Source: Octopus sinensis (Eukaryota). Taken from it: 64,000 bases of DNA. Location of the stretch: NCBI RefSeq assembly GCF_006345805.1, contig NC_042997.1:99820001-99884000 (forward strand), read 5' to 3'. Positions within the stretch are counted from its first letter, which is position 1; each line of letters starts with the position of its first letter. The translations under genes were made by a program, and so were the position numbers. Of the stretch, positions 1 through 12,864 are shown one piece after another. A model generated the notes under the pieces. It was not told the origin of the DNA. It did not search any database and was given only the letters and a program-made list of their open reading frames with translations.

Positions 1-182
1 TACCTATATCAACTTACATAAACCATAAACTGCATTGTCCAGAGAATAATACAACTTACTAGTTACTTTTTCAAGCATTCCAGAAAAGTTCAATCACATT
101 ATTCAAGGTCAATCACATTATTCGTGTTATTGTCCCCAAATAGTGAGAGTGCAACTCACTTCTTACACTGGCCTGAATTCAC

Positions 183-248
183 TTATAATTTTGGCAAGCA
201 TCTCAAGAACTTCTTCAGATCTACCTTCACATTTACAAACATTTCAAG
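183..248 (-). CDS. Putative terminal coding exon of an unidentified gene (LEMFVNVKVDLKKFLRCLPKL*)
   Basis: Acceptor ttcttttgtttatctttgttag at 249-250; 66 nt = 21 codons + TAA (185-183); phase 0, matching the exon at 315-352 across a 66-nt GT-AG intron. Confidence 0.6.
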   Translation of the reverse strand, partial: LEMFVNVKVDLKKFLRCLPKL

Positions 249-314
249 CTAACAAAGATAAACAAAAGAAATAGCCAAAATTCACAGGTGGCATTCATAT
301 ATGTAGTATCTTAC

Positions 315-352
315 AGCAAGTAGCTCCATGTCTACTAATCTGTCTCTACCAC
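315..352 (-). CDS. Putative internal exon, 38 nt (S-GRDRLVDMELLA)
   Basis: Acceptor tatatgttttttctcag, donor GCT|gtaaga; only the phase 1->0 frame is open. Confidence 0.6.
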
Positions 353-373
353 CTGAGAAAAAACATATAAAAC

Positions 374-412
374 ATTATTATCATTATTATCATTATTATT
401 ATTATTATTATT

Positions 413-471
<59 letters not shown>
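374..471. repeat. (TTA)n/(AAT)n microsatellite
   Basis: Trinucleotide runs read directly. Confidence 0.95.
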
Positions 472-473
<2 letters not shown>

Positions 474-480
474 TAGAAGC

Positions 481-875
481 TATACCTGGATCCTCAACAC
501 TACACACTATCCAAAAAATAGTCCTGCTAGGAACATCCTATGCAAGACACTATCAATTCAATAATACGACCTAAACAAAACAATCTACAAACACAAGACA
601 TTCTATATAAGAAATATCGAATGAAATAAACTACCACAAGCAGGCTATATATCCAATGAATTACACACACATCACACAAGACAAAGACTAATACAACAAA
701 AGACTGCCCACACCCCATAAAAAAACAAAAGAAACTGACACAGCACAATACTGGGAAGAGTTAGCACACACCTCAGCAAACAAAAAAGAACACACAATGT
801 TGCACACACCCCAGCAACAGGAAAGTGTAGCAGGTGATGCAGTAGAAATTTGCTTGAAACTACCAAATGTTTGAT
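481..875 (+). mobile_element. 3' fragment of an RLE-type (R4/Dong/HERO-like) non-LTR retrotransposon
   Basis: Encodes IPGSSTLHTIQKIVLLGTS, resembling the QK..LLGT..ILR C-terminal motif of that group, followed by a 3' UTR-like tail. Confidence 0.6.
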
Positions 876-886
876 GATAATGAAGA

Positions 887-1020
887 AGGAGGAGGAGGAG
901 GAGGAGGGGGGAGTGAGAAGGAGGTGGATGGGAGGAGGGGGAGGAGGGGGGAGGAGGAAGAGGAGGAGAAGAAGATAGAAGAAGAAGAAGAAGAAGAAAA
1001 AGAAGAAGAAGAAGAAGAAG
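887..1020. repeat. Purine-rich (GAG)n/(GAA)n simple repeat
   Basis: Seen directly; explains the poly-E/poly-L/poly-S ORFs. Confidence 0.9.
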
Positions 1021-1056
1021 GCAGTGGCGGCAACGGCGATGATGATCAGAAGGCAT

Positions 1057-1272
1057 CGAGAGTAATGTAAACGAAATTGGAATAGAGCACCCAGTAGAAA
1101 TGTTACAAAAGGTTTGCCTCCTTGGCACGGCCAGAATAATCAGGAAAGCATTTGATAGTTGAAAAGAACAGATAACATAGTACTATAGGCTGCAGGCAGT
1201 AAGCCGCTATGCATGCAAGACTCCAGGAGTTCCAACAAAACTTGAGAAAAGAAAGAAATAATAATAATAATA
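1057..1272 (+). mobile_element. 3' fragment of a second RLE-type non-LTR retrotransposon
   Basis: Encodes VNEIGIEHPVEMLQKVCLLGTARIIRKAFDS* and ends in an (AAT)n tail. Confidence 0.65.
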
Positions 1273-1289
1273 GTTGTTGCTGTAACATA

Positions 1290-2581
1290 TGAGGGGCGTT
1301 CAATAAGTAATGCCCCTGACCCACTTCCCATAGCAGTAGAGCAACGAAACTTTGCACAGTTATTAGTCTTTCTCTACATAGGAACCACCCAGAGTTACGC
1401 ATTTCTCCCATCGTTTGATGCAGCTCTGGAGACCGTTTTTTTTAGAAGACCCAGCTTGGTCCTCCAACCACGACGTGACTTCAGAAATCAAGGCTGCATC
1501 ATCTGGGAAACGCTTTCCTTTCAAAAACAACTTCATGGCTGGGAAGAGGTGAAAATCAGAGGGTGCAAGGTCAGGAGAGTAGGGAGGATGGGGAGGATTT
1601 CATAGCCGCACGCCTGTGCTTCTGATCTGGCGACAAGCGAGTTGTGGACTGGAATGTTGTCCTGCAGGAGGAGGATGTCTTTGCTGATCTTGCCCCGCCT
1701 CTTGATTTTAATAGTTTCTCTTAATTTCCTCAAAAGTGAAGCATAATAGGCTCCTGTAATTGTGGTACCCTTTGCCAGGAAATCTGTTATCACTACTCCG
1801 TCCTGGTCCCAGAAGACTGTGAGCATGACCTTGCCAGCGGCGGGCTGCACCCTTGCCTTCTTTGGAGGAGGTGAATCACGGTGCTTCCACAGCATTGACT
1901 GGGCTTTGGTCTCTGGATCATAGTGATGGACCCAGGTTTCATCCTGTGTAATCAGTCTTTTGAAAAATTTCGACTCATCTTCTTGGCACATCTCCAAATT
2001 CATCCTCGAGCACTCGACGCGTTCTTGCTTCTGGAAAGGTGTGAGCAACCTGGGAATCCATCTGGCAGACACCTTTTGCATATGCAAATGGTCATGAATG
2101 ATAGTTTCCACAGACCCGGTACTAATCTTGACCTCGTGGGCTATTTGGCGAATAGTTATGCGTCGATCTTTCAAAATGGCAGCCTCAACTTGACGGACAG
2201 ATGCCTCATAAATTGCAGAAGTGGGGCGACCAGTTCTGGGAGCTGTTTCCACCGAGTTCCGACCATGTTTGAATTCACGATGCCAGCGTTTTACATGGTC
2301 ATATGATGGGGCATCATTACCATAAGTTACTTTCATTTCATCAAAAGTCTCCTGTGGTGTGCGTCCTTTCAAATACAAAAACCAGATCACTACTCGACAC
2401 TCAACAGGCTCCATTTCACACTTGACTCAGTTCAAACACCTGTAAATCAGAAACCCCAATTAGTTCAGAGCTGCAATTTGCCACCTTCTCTATAGAGATA
2501 TAAATAATTGCACACACAAAATTTCAGCTAGATCAAACAACTGCAAGTGGGTCAGGGGCATTACTTATTGAACGCCCCTCG
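1290..2581 (-). mobile_element. Full-length mariner DNA transposon (1292 bp)
   Basis: 37-bp TIRs 1290-1326 and 2545-2581 with one terminal mismatch; TA at 1288-1289 and 2582-2583; internal transposase. Confidence 0.95.
1363..2414 (-). pseudogene. Mariner DD34D transposase with one net -1 frameshift
   Basis: WIPRLL and DETWVHHY motifs. Adding one base to the G run at 1590-1593 restores QDN..HPPYSPDLAPSD (34 residues between the two Asp) and an open frame to ...KRWEKCVTLGGSYVEKD*. Confidence 0.9.
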
Positions 2582-4148
2582 TATCAGAGAAACCATCTAG
2601 TGTAAATAATATAAAGCACTGAGACAAGCACAATGCAGTAATGAACAATATATTTCTGCTGTTGTTTAACTCAAGTCCATTCAAAAGAAATTAACAGACA
2701 GACCTATGACAAAAGACATTTAAACTTTGAACATGCTGATTTCTTTTTTTAAGTGGAGTGTCTTCAGGACCATATTATACTGTGCCCTTCTTTCTTTCAA
2801 AAGGTATGGGACAACTTGAAGGAAATTCAGTTGTGATTCAAGTAATCATGTTGAAGCCCTCGCATTGAACAGTATGTGTTTATTGGCGAGGATATGCTCA
2901 AACAAAAGTTGATCATTACTATTTTATGATAATTTATTATATGCCTTGTCTACACTATAGAAACAGAGAGAGAGAGAAAGAGGGAGAGAAGGAAGGACAA
3001 AGGAAGAGAGAGAGAGAGATGAAAAGAAGAAAATAATTTATTGAGAAAAGAAAGAGAGTTAAAGGTCAAATTAAGTTTGACATGATTCAAAATTGAAACT
3101 TGTTTCAAATTTGAATCTTGTTTCAGTCCCAAGTTTCACTTTCAATCATTCATGTCATGTTAACAGTAAATTTAATCCAGTGCTGTTATTTCTAGTTATT
3201 TAGAGGAAGCAACGACCAATTTTACAAAACTCATATTGACTTAATATGAAATTTATCGTGTCTAGAGTTGCAAAGGAAGAAAAGTGCCATTTACAAAATT
3301 TTAACTAGTTCTTGTATTACTGAATAAAAAAAGAAAAAGAAAAGAATGAATAAATGAAAGCAGAAATTAGAAATAATTTCCATAAAGCAAGACTTATAAT
3401 GATGCATAGTGTTCTGAAGCAATTATATACTGTGGATAAGGTGAAAGGAGAAAAGTCCTATGAGCTGGAGGAAGTCAGTTTCATTTAAGTTATGATTGAT
3501 GGGGGTTAAGTGATTGTTCTGTGTCGGAAAATGATGCTGTTTACATCAAATTTGTGGAAGATGGTCATCCGGTAAATAGGATATTTTCCTTTGTGAATTG
3601 GAACAAGTGCATACAGATAGAATTTCAGATGCCATAAATATAGCTTTCAACCTGACTGATTTTGAATGTTATTAAGAAAAGGTCATTGTTTGTTGTATTG
3701 TTTTCTTTGTTGTTGTTGTTGTTTTTTTCTTGCTTGGATGAGGGCATCTGTCAATCTTGGTCAAACTGGTAGAATAGTAAAGAAGGGGTGGTAAAAAAAA
3801 ATATGCATAAAGAAGACAGAGAAATCTAATCCCAAACTGAGTTGACATTGATTGAAAATTTCTCTGTCAAATTTGGAAGAGAATGACCTTTCATTTAGGA
3901 ACTTCTACCTATGAGGCAGAATGAACTCCAAAGCCTCCTACAGAGCCTTTGGAGTTGATGCTAACATTCAACTAGAAACATAAAACCTTCCCTAAAAAAA
4001 AATCATGCCCTATAATCTTAGAGAAGGACAAATTGAATAATATGCTTCTGGATTCCCTGTGCATAGCAAAAAAGATATGGGGTCATGGCAAGGATACCTT
4101 TGATCATAGGTTTTCTAAATCAGAGCGGACTGGGGCTAAGCAATAACA

Positions 4149-4377
4149 TTAACCCGTTTGTTACCATATTTTGTCAACATATGCTGCCTTTGTTTCAGTT
4201 ATTTTTTTTTAAATAATGAAGGATTTAGTAAAATAACTTTCTCATTATTAAGCTGGGGTCTGAAACAAATTAGCATAAAATTTTAAGGGAAGATTATAAT
4301 TTAGATGACTTTAAAACAGTAAATTTATCTCATAGAAGCTGGAGTGGTCTCAGGTGAGCTGGTATCAAAAGAGTTAA
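4149..4377. mobile_element. piggyBac-like MITE
   Basis: TTAA-CCC...AAAAGAG-TTAA ends; inverted relative of 17987-18216. Confidence 0.6.
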
Positions 4378-4902
4378 CTTCAACAGTGCATTTTTATAAT
4401 AGCAATTCAACTCTTAAAGGATTGTTAGGAGAGAAATGAATTTGGAGAATCTCATATAAAAAACAGTGTTACTTCACTGCATAAGAAATGCAATACAAGA
4501 AAAAAAATTAAGAGAAGTAACAACAAATGCCACAAAAGTTTAGTAGATTCAGAATTCTCTTTAGATATATATTTTTCAGTTCCTTTATGTTAACAGAACT
4601 TAGAAAAGTTTCATTTCCTTTATCTCAAAGTAAAGAAGATTGAGTCTATTACCATATTAAATTTTTTAATAAATAAGATTGATCAACATACAGAGGTGGG
4701 AAAGAGTAGGTATACAGTTGCTTAATATGAATGGAATGCTCTTTTCATTTCTCTATTTCTGTTTTAAAACCAAAACGATTCAAAAGTCAACTAAGGGATC
4801 TGTGGGAAATGCCTGGTTCATAAGAAGCCCTCTTTTTTTTTGATTTCTGGAGACTTTCAGTAAAAAGAACATTCCATTCATATTAAGCAATTGTATACTT
4901 AC

Positions 4903-4956
4903 TTTTGGCCACCCATGCATTTTTGCTAATATCATAGCTGATGTATTTATGTATAT
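4903..4956 (-). CDS. Putative internal exon, 54 nt (D-IHKYISYDISKNAWVAK)
   Basis: Acceptor gtttctttattgtag, donor AAA|gtaagt; phase 1->1 frame open and compatible with both neighbours. Confidence 0.6.
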
Positions 4957-5151
4957 CTACAATAAAGAAACAGACTGAATCCTTTATCCTTTATTTGTTT
5001 AAGTCATTGGGCAACAACTTGGACTGATTTCTTTCACTAAAACTTGAAAGGTTTAGTGAAAGAAAAAAATCAACTGCAGTACCTATTTTTTTAAAGCCTG
5101 GTATTTATTCATTCAATCAATCAATCTATCTGTCTATAAAACACACACACA

Positions 5152-5188
<37 letters not shown>

Positions 5189-5311
5189 GCACAACAGGCT
5201 TCTTTGAGTTTCTGCTTACAAAATCCACTCACAAGCCTTTGAGTGGTCCAGAGCTATAGTACCAGACACTTGCTCAAGATATCAAACTTCTTAACCATAT
5301 AGCTTTCAATC

Positions 5312-5342
<31 letters not shown>

Positions 5343-5709
5343 AGTAGTAGTAGTAATAGTAGTAGTAGAAAAATTAATGTGGTGCTATTATGCAGTTATA
5401 AATGGTTTAACTCTTATTTCTAGCAATATTTGTGCTTGTAGCACATACAGTCACAATTAGTGACAACTTTATATAAATATATATTCTGATATGAGCTTCC
5501 AACATGGAAGTATTCTTCCTGGAGACCTACAATATGAGGAACATTATCTTACCTGGATTCACATTGGATTGTACATAAAGGCTCATGGATTATTACCTGC
5601 ACTATCGGAAACTTAAACTGTGAACTTTTATATATATATATATCTTTCTCTTTTTCCTACATTTCGCCATCATTTCTGTAATCTATACCCTCTCACTTTC
5701 TCACTATCT

Positions 5710-5768
5710 GTCTCTGATGACGGGATATTCCACATGTTTTTAGGATATCCCAGAAACAGCTGTAAGAC
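5710..5768 (+). ncRNA. Type I hammerhead ribozyme motif in a PLE-like remnant
   Basis: GUCU-CUGAUGA-C-GGGAUAU..AUAUCCC-A-GAAAC-AGCU-GUA-AGAC: stem I GUCU/AGAC, 7-bp stem II, palindromic stem III, GUA site. Confidence 0.75.
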
Positions 5769-6030
5769 TTTAAAAATTGCTTAATTATTTTTAATAAACA
5801 TAACATATGACTAGAGATGTCTTGCCTTGATGTTTGTTTACCTTCTTCACAAATATATATATATATATATATAGCATTAAACTAATAATCTGCTTGTTGT
5901 TTATACACCTCTCTTTGTTTTGTTTTCTTTTGTAAATTCCAACTATATATATATATATAATATATATATATATATAGATATATATATATATAATATATAT
6001 ATATATATATACATACATACATACATACAT

Positions 6031-6063
<33 letters not shown>

Positions 6064-6432
6064 CAACACACACACACACATATATATGAATGAAAGTAAG
6101 CCGGCAGAGCCATTAGCATGCAGGGCAAAATGTTGAGTGAGATTTCTTCCATCTTTACATTCTGAGTTCAAATTCTGCTAAGGTCAACCTTGCCTTTCAT
6201 CCTTTCAAAGCCAATAAAATAGTACAAGTTGAGCACTGGAATCTATGTACCTGACTTAGCCTCTTCCTCAAAATTGCCAAAATTTGAAACCAATATTTGA
6301 CATATGGAATTAATTCACACTTTAGTCATGTCATGTGTTTGTTATGTAATTATTTCATTCTTTTGTAATCAACATTTTATGAAACTCTATGATTAACGTG
6401 AAGACCCGTTGAGGCAAGTGAGGATCAGAATC

Positions 6433-6818
6433 GAAATCGATCAATGGAAATTGCAGATGTGTTACCAGTGCCGGTGGCATGTAACAGAACTTTCCGTTTC
6501 GCGACCGTTGCCAGCGCCGCCCCGTTTCGTGTCCGTTGCCAGCCTCGCCTGGCCCTCGTGCCGGTGGCACATAAACAGCACCATCCGTTCGTGGCCGTTT
6601 GCCAGCTCTGTCTGGCACCAGTGCGGGTGGCACGTAAAAAGCACCCACTACACTCACGGAGTGGTTGGCGTTAGGAAGGGCATCCAGCCATAGAAACACT
6701 GCCAGATTTGACTGGGCCTGATGAAGCCTTCTGGCTTCACAGACCCCAGTAGAACCGTCCAACCCATGCTAGCATGGAAAACGGACGCTAAACGATGATG
6801 ATGATGATGATGATGATG
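6433..6818 (+). mobile_element. RTE-tail SINE-like element with internal GTGCCGGTGGCAC units
   Basis: Three internal units, then ggttggcgttaggaagggcatccagc...ccaacccatgctagcatggaaa..acgctaaa and a (GAT)n tail; many relatives in the window. Confidence 0.8.
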
Positions 6819-9426
6819 TAAACAATACAGAACTCCACCGCCAACCAACTGTAAAGATTAAAGAGCCCTTCACCTTGCTACTGATATCTCTCTACCACCC
6901 TATACCATCACCAGAACTATTACCTCATTGAACCTCATTCCTACCACCAATACCTCTACCATGTTTGCAGCTATTACTACAATCCATTTACCACCACCAC
7001 CACCACCATTTTTACTCATTGGCACTACTCTCACCACAGCTACCACCAATTTTATAATCAACGGAATTGGTTCAAATTTTACCATCTTTGTCTCTTCTTT
7101 GTGTATTACATTTAAGGAACAGTTTCCGCTTTTATTTCTATTTATATTGTGAATTAATAAATCTAATAATATTGCAGCTGTTACAGAACTTCAGGACATT
7201 CTTCAGACTTCTTTCTCTTTTTGTCATTTCTTTTCAGCAGACAGTAACAGTTCTTTTATTTATATTTTTTTTGTTAGTATGTTCTTTTTTTTTGTCTGTT
7301 TATTTGTTTTGTTTTCTGCTAAACTACTTTCTGTTTTCTAAGAATTAACTTTGGGTTACGGATTTTACTTTCAAGACAATTAGTTTATTAGAAATTCTGT
7401 TCATCCAAAACAACAAAATCCATACTCTTAAAAGAAGCCACATTATTCTGATACCAATCATTCTCTATCTCCTTTCTCTCCATATTTCTTTGTTTCATGA
7501 AAACTATGCAAACTGCAACACAATATATAAACAATTCAAGTCAGAAAATGGGCAGTGAAGTGACAAAATTAATACAGTATCAGATAGAAGTCTTTGCAGG
7601 CAGAATCATTAGAATACCAGGCAGAAGCTTAGCAGCATTTCATTCTTCTTCATATTCTGATTTCTAATTCCACAAAGGTCGAGTTTATCTTTCAACCATT
7701 AGGGGATTGATAAAATAAGTACCAGCTGAGCACTGGCCGACGGAGGTGGGTTTGTAATCAACTCCCCCCCCACACACACACACCTGAAATTGCTGGTCTT
7801 GCACCACAATTTGAAATCATTATTTGGTTATGATTTTGTTACATTTGTTACAAGTGGAGTCATGTCACTTAGTGGTTAGGGTGTTGGATTCACGACTGTA
7901 AGATTGTGGTTTTGAACCCTGGACCAGGTGATCTGTTGTGTTCTTGAGCAAAACACTTCATTTCACACTGCTCCAGCCCACTCAGCTGTAGAAATGAGCT
8001 TATCTGGGAGAGGGATAAGCTTTCTCACCCAAGATACACTGCATGCTGCAGTGCTCCAAAGACTCCCAAGGAGTTAAGGGACTCGTCATTGTCACTGTCA
8101 TTGTTACATTCTGAGTTCAAATCCTCCTACTGAAAATAATGTTGCTTTTGTCCTCTATCATCATTCTCAACTCCTAGAACAATACTGTCGCAAGTCCTAA
8201 GGTGCAAAGGGCTAGTAACCCAGTTTCATGGCATATACGGGACCAAAATGACAACACTCTTCCTAAAAGGGATGCCAATTCATTACAGGATTACCCATTT
8301 TCAGCTGAGGGGACGGGAACAATGTAAAATGAAGCATCTTGCTCAAGAACACGAATGTGTGGGCAAACTATAAAGACTACTAGTCAACACATGGCAACTT
8401 AGTCCATACTGGGAGCCATGTAGTTGACAACATTAGGGGCTGGTGTCAAATATGTGGTTCAAAGTCTGCTGGAAGTCAACATGAGTGGTTTATGTGAATA
8501 GTTGGTTCGATGTCGGTGACATGTGGTCGATGCAAGGAGGTTGAGGTCAAGCAGTTCGTGTTGAACAGTTGACGCAGTAGTTGGTGTCAGAGGTGGAATA
8601 TTTACATTAAAAAGGTGTGAGTGTGTGGTAAGTAGCTTGCTTACCAACCACATGGTTCTGGGTTCAGTCCCACTGTGTGGCACCTTGGGCAAGTATCTTC
8701 TACTATAGCCTCAGGTCAATCAAAGCCTAGTGAGTGGATTTGGTAGATGGAAACTGAAAGAAGCCCGTCATATGTGTGTTTGTGTGTCTGTGTTTGTCCC
8801 CCCATCATTACTTGACAACCAATGGCGGTTCGGCAAAAGAGACCAACTACGCTTACAAAGAATAAGTCCAGGGGTCGACATGTTTGATTAAAGGTGGTGG
8901 TCCAGCATGGCTTCAGTCAAATGACTGAAACAAATAAAAGAATAAAAGAATATATACACTCTGAATTTATGCTTTTCTATGCTTATGAGAAGGAAGGAAC
9001 ACTTTATACATATGGACATTTGTGTTTGAGCCTTCCTCTCTGAGAACTTGAACAGAATATATGGTGTCTTCTCTTAAATGAGAGAGAGAGTATGTGAGAG
9101 GTAACTTTATAGTAGAACTAATAACAATGTAAGAGATTCCATTCTGATTGGGAAATTAGAGCAGCAATGCATGACTTTTCTAGGCAAATTTAAATATATA
9201 TATATACTTGATGGCACCTGCAACTTCATATAACATTCTCACTTTGATTGCCACACCTTAGTTCTGCTTAATGAATCATTTCCACTTAGTGTTGTTGATA
9301 AGAAGTAACTAATAAAGAGCATTCATTTGCAAAATCTACATAAATACTTCTTGAACAATGCTTGGATTGTTTTAAAAAAAACAAGACCATGAAACCCAAT
9401 TCTAATGGTGAAACACCACTCCTCAC

Positions 9427-9455
9427 CAAGGTCCTGTTCATAATTCAGCGGGGAA
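9427..9455 (-). CDS. Putative micro-exon, 29 nt (S-SPLNYEQDL)
   Basis: Acceptor ctattttttaatttctgattttaaag-type pyrimidine tract, donor TTG|gtgagg; phase 2->1 links 14083-14130 to 4903-4956. Confidence 0.55.
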
Positions 9456-10710
9456 CTTTAAAATCAGAAATTAAAAAAATAGAGAAGTTTGAAATGGGGG
9501 TTACAATGTAATGTTTGGAGAAGATTTCTGCATATGCATGTGTATGTGTGTGTGAGAGAGAGAGAGAATGAATATGGGAAGCAAGAAGGATGAACACAAG
9601 TGCAACATATCATTTCAAGAGGGGGTTAGTAGTTCTTAAGAACAAGGCCTTCAACTGTAGCAGTAGAATAGACAGAGATTTTATAGAGCTCAATAGTAGA
9701 CCAAGGGAAGCAAGCTGGCAGAATCATTAGCATGGTGGACAAAACGCTTAGCAGTATTTTATCTGTCTGTACATTCTGAGTTCAAATACCATTGGGATTG
9801 ATTTTGTCTTTCATCCTTTCGGGGTCAATAAAATAAGTACCAGTTGACCACAGGCATCAATGTAATTGATTTGGCCCTTTCTCGAAACTGCTGGATTTGT
9901 GTCAAACTTTGAAACCAATATTAGGTCAAGGATTAAAGATTTTCCTGCCACAAGAACAGAGCTTTGTTATAGAGCAAATTTGTACCTTAGTGAATGAATG
10001 CTATCTCAGGTTTCTTAATTCTGAAGAGAAAGCCAAAACCTCTTTGATATGATTTCAGCAATGTTGAAAATATGAAAATTCTAGAAAAGATCACGAGAGA
10101 GAATGATTTAGTAAATTGGTAATAGTTCACCAGAATTGGAAGACAGAGTAGGTCACAGTTCTTTTTGAAAATGAGTGACTTTTGGCATGTTTCTGTTGGT
10201 GTATATGGTGAAAGTTCTCTTTGATAGAATTAACAGATGTCCAGTCAAAGCTACTCACAGTGGCAAAGCTCTATTAGATTAAGAGTCAAAGATTTTGTCT
10301 CCATATAGCAGATAGCAGATGGTGTTTTTAGAGTAGATAAACTCAGCAAAAGTTACATTCACAGAAGCAGATGAATGCAATACTATAAGCTAAGAAAACA
10401 CTCTCAAATCTTATAATATTCCTACTGCTTTCAGCAGCATATTTATCCATATTTAACAACTAGACTGTTTAGGGTTGCCATATCAGGATACAAGTAATGG
10501 ATTATGCTATTTTTCTAAATTGCATGCTACATTTTTTAAGTTACTTATTACTTTAATATTTTTTAATTTTTAACTGTAAAAAACCCTATTGATAATCATT
10601 AAATTATCCAACCAACCTACAAATGTTTTTGTCTATTATTCCTGAAAGTAGAGTCCTCATGCATCTTCCTCCACTAGATCAGATACTATCAGAAAAATGT
10701 TTCATTTTGA

Positions 10711-11064
10711 GTTTTATTTGTGTTCAATGTAGCTTATTAAAGTAGTCAAATAGATATAGATAAGTCATCTAGTCTGCTACTTCATGAAATTTTGTACTTT
10801 TCTGAAATTGATCTGATGATTCTACGACTGGCTGTGTCATCTCAGTGTAAAGTGATCTGGGACTTGGTCTGGTGACTAGATTGGAATCATGCACTTTGCA
10901 GTTGGTTATCTCATAGTGTACTCCACAGTTAGTTACCTTGTAATCTAATGACCAAGATACTGACATGTAAAAACTGATAGCAGACATTGAAAATTAATAA
11001 AACTAGATGACTTATCTATATCTATTTGACTACTTTAATAAGCTATGTTGAACACAAATAAAAC
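10711..11064. repeat. 63-bp inverted repeat with ~228-nt spacer
   Basis: 10711-10773 matches the reverse complement of 11002-11064 at 61/63 positions. Confidence 0.95.
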
Positions 11065-11690
11065 ATCTTTACTTTACTTGCAACAAGAAGCAAAAAGCCA
11101 TAGTACTTGGAATTCACATCAGTCTGGTGGGGCGTACAAAGGTCATGGATGCAGCTCCTCCTCTTCTGAATAACTCATAAAAACCAAGTGTAATGTAATT
11201 TGATATCTTATATCTTTCTTTTCCAGAATTAAGCTCATAAATATACTTTATTCCCAGCAACCAACACTCTTTCTCCCTAATAGTTTCTTTAGTTATAATA
11301 CATTAACAGTAGTATATAGGTTTAGGTCATAGATAAGATCACAATCAGGGTTATTCTTATTAACCACCAGCAGAACAAAAAAAAAAAAAGCCATACACAT
11401 CCACTGCCAAGCAAATTAACAAAGAAAAGGTTTTCAAGTACACTCTGCATTTTTGTCTTTATTTTTGCTTGGTGTTTTCTTTTTTCATATCATTTCAATC
11501 TTCCCAGTTTTGCTAAATCACTTTATTACCACTGGAGTCAGAATAATGGCAGACTAATGGGAAGCCAGACAACTTTATTAAGAATGTTGTGTCTTGATAG
11601 CAATGGACTTAATTTATCCCTAAATGAATCTACAGCTTAGTATCAATTATTTACAGGATTTGCAGAGATTTTATTGTTCTTTCCTAGTAC

Positions 11691-12090
11691 AACCCTTTAG
11701 CATTTGCATTATTGTTTTGAATTAATCATGCATATCTTGTAGCATTGAGATTTTGATGTAGTAACTGTTCATTTTTTAGAATGAGACTGTAGAATTGGTG
11801 TAAGAGACCAGATCTAACCAGTTTCAACATAAAACAGGTAGAATATTTTGGATGGATATGGCCGGTTTAACCCTTTAGCATTCACATTATTCAGACAAAA
11901 GTAATGCTTATTTATTCACATTGTTTTGAATTAATCATGCATTTTCTTGTAGCTAGGTGATACTGATAAGGTGACAGTTTTTAGAATGATATTGTAGGGT
12001 TAGCAGGAAAGGCTACATCTGGCTAATTTGAACATAAAACTTGTACAATATTTTGACTGGATATGGCCAGTTTAAATGCTAAAGGGATAA
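11691..12090. mobile_element. Two tandem piggyBac-like MITE copies
   Basis: aaccctttagcatt starts at 11691 and ~11869, shared internal sequence, terminal aatgctaaaggg. Confidence 0.6.
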
Positions 12091-12149
12091 ACAATTAAAT
12101 CAGGGAGGAGGTCTTTAAAACACAAGGTGTTAAATGCAAAATAAATTTG

Positions 12150-12492
12150 AATTATTGTAAAATAGTTGCCGAGACCCCCTTCGTAGGATTGCACCTAGAA
12201 AGTTCCCCTCCCAGGCACAAGTCTGGGCAAGATTGCTTATGGAAGACCAGCACTCACCCATGCATACCAGCTTCCCCTCTCCACACTACCAGTGTTATCC
12301 AAAGGAAAGGCAAAGGCCAATACAGCTTGGCACCTGTGATGTTGCAACTCGTTTCTACAGCTGAGTGAGCTGGAGCAACGTGAAATAAAGTGTCTTGCTC
12401 AAGAACACAACACACAGCCCAGTCCAGGATTCAAACTCACAACCTCATGATCATAAGCCCGATGCTCTAACCACTGAGCCATGCACCTTCAC
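12150..12492 (-). mobile_element. tRNA-derived SINE
   Basis: tRNA-like head at the right end (ctaaccactgagccatgc, ggattcaaactc); similar copy at ~15590-16050. Confidence 0.75.
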
Positions 12493-12815
12493 ATGTAAAA
12501 TAGTATTTATAACAATACAGTAAAATATTTATTTGGTACTTGTTACAAAAGAAATGGTAAAAATAAAATTGCTTATGTCCACTCTTATTTTTTCTTTTAA
12601 TTGTTTCAGTCAAAGTTTTGCAGGGAACTACCAGAAAAATATTAATAATGAAAGATGTGATAATAATTCACAAAATTAGTGTTTATATAAAAAAAGAGTT
12701 ATTTGAATAAAAATAAAGCCTATTGCTTTATTAGATGCTTTTCCTCAGCTAAAAGTCTTTCCTAGAATCAAAAGTACAAGAATATGAACAGAAGGAAATA
12801 CAGGTGTACATGCAT

Positions 12816-12864
<49 letters not shown>

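Noticed and set aside
5553-5617. Minus-strand exon-like segment with a gtaaga donor
   Set aside because: Lies in a PLE-like repeat, and its phase is incompatible with the next exon.
6717-6745. CTGATGA followed by a hairpin
   Set aside because: No GAAA or cleavage triplet; a mutated position of the RTE-tail SINE.
7080-7512. Minus-strand coding-looking region after a good acceptor
   Set aside because: Stops in all frames and no usable donor.
11076-11165. Minus-strand exon candidate KRRSCIHDLCTPHQTDVNSKYYGFLLLVA
   Set aside because: Its phase 0 start does not fit the flanking phase 2 junctions.
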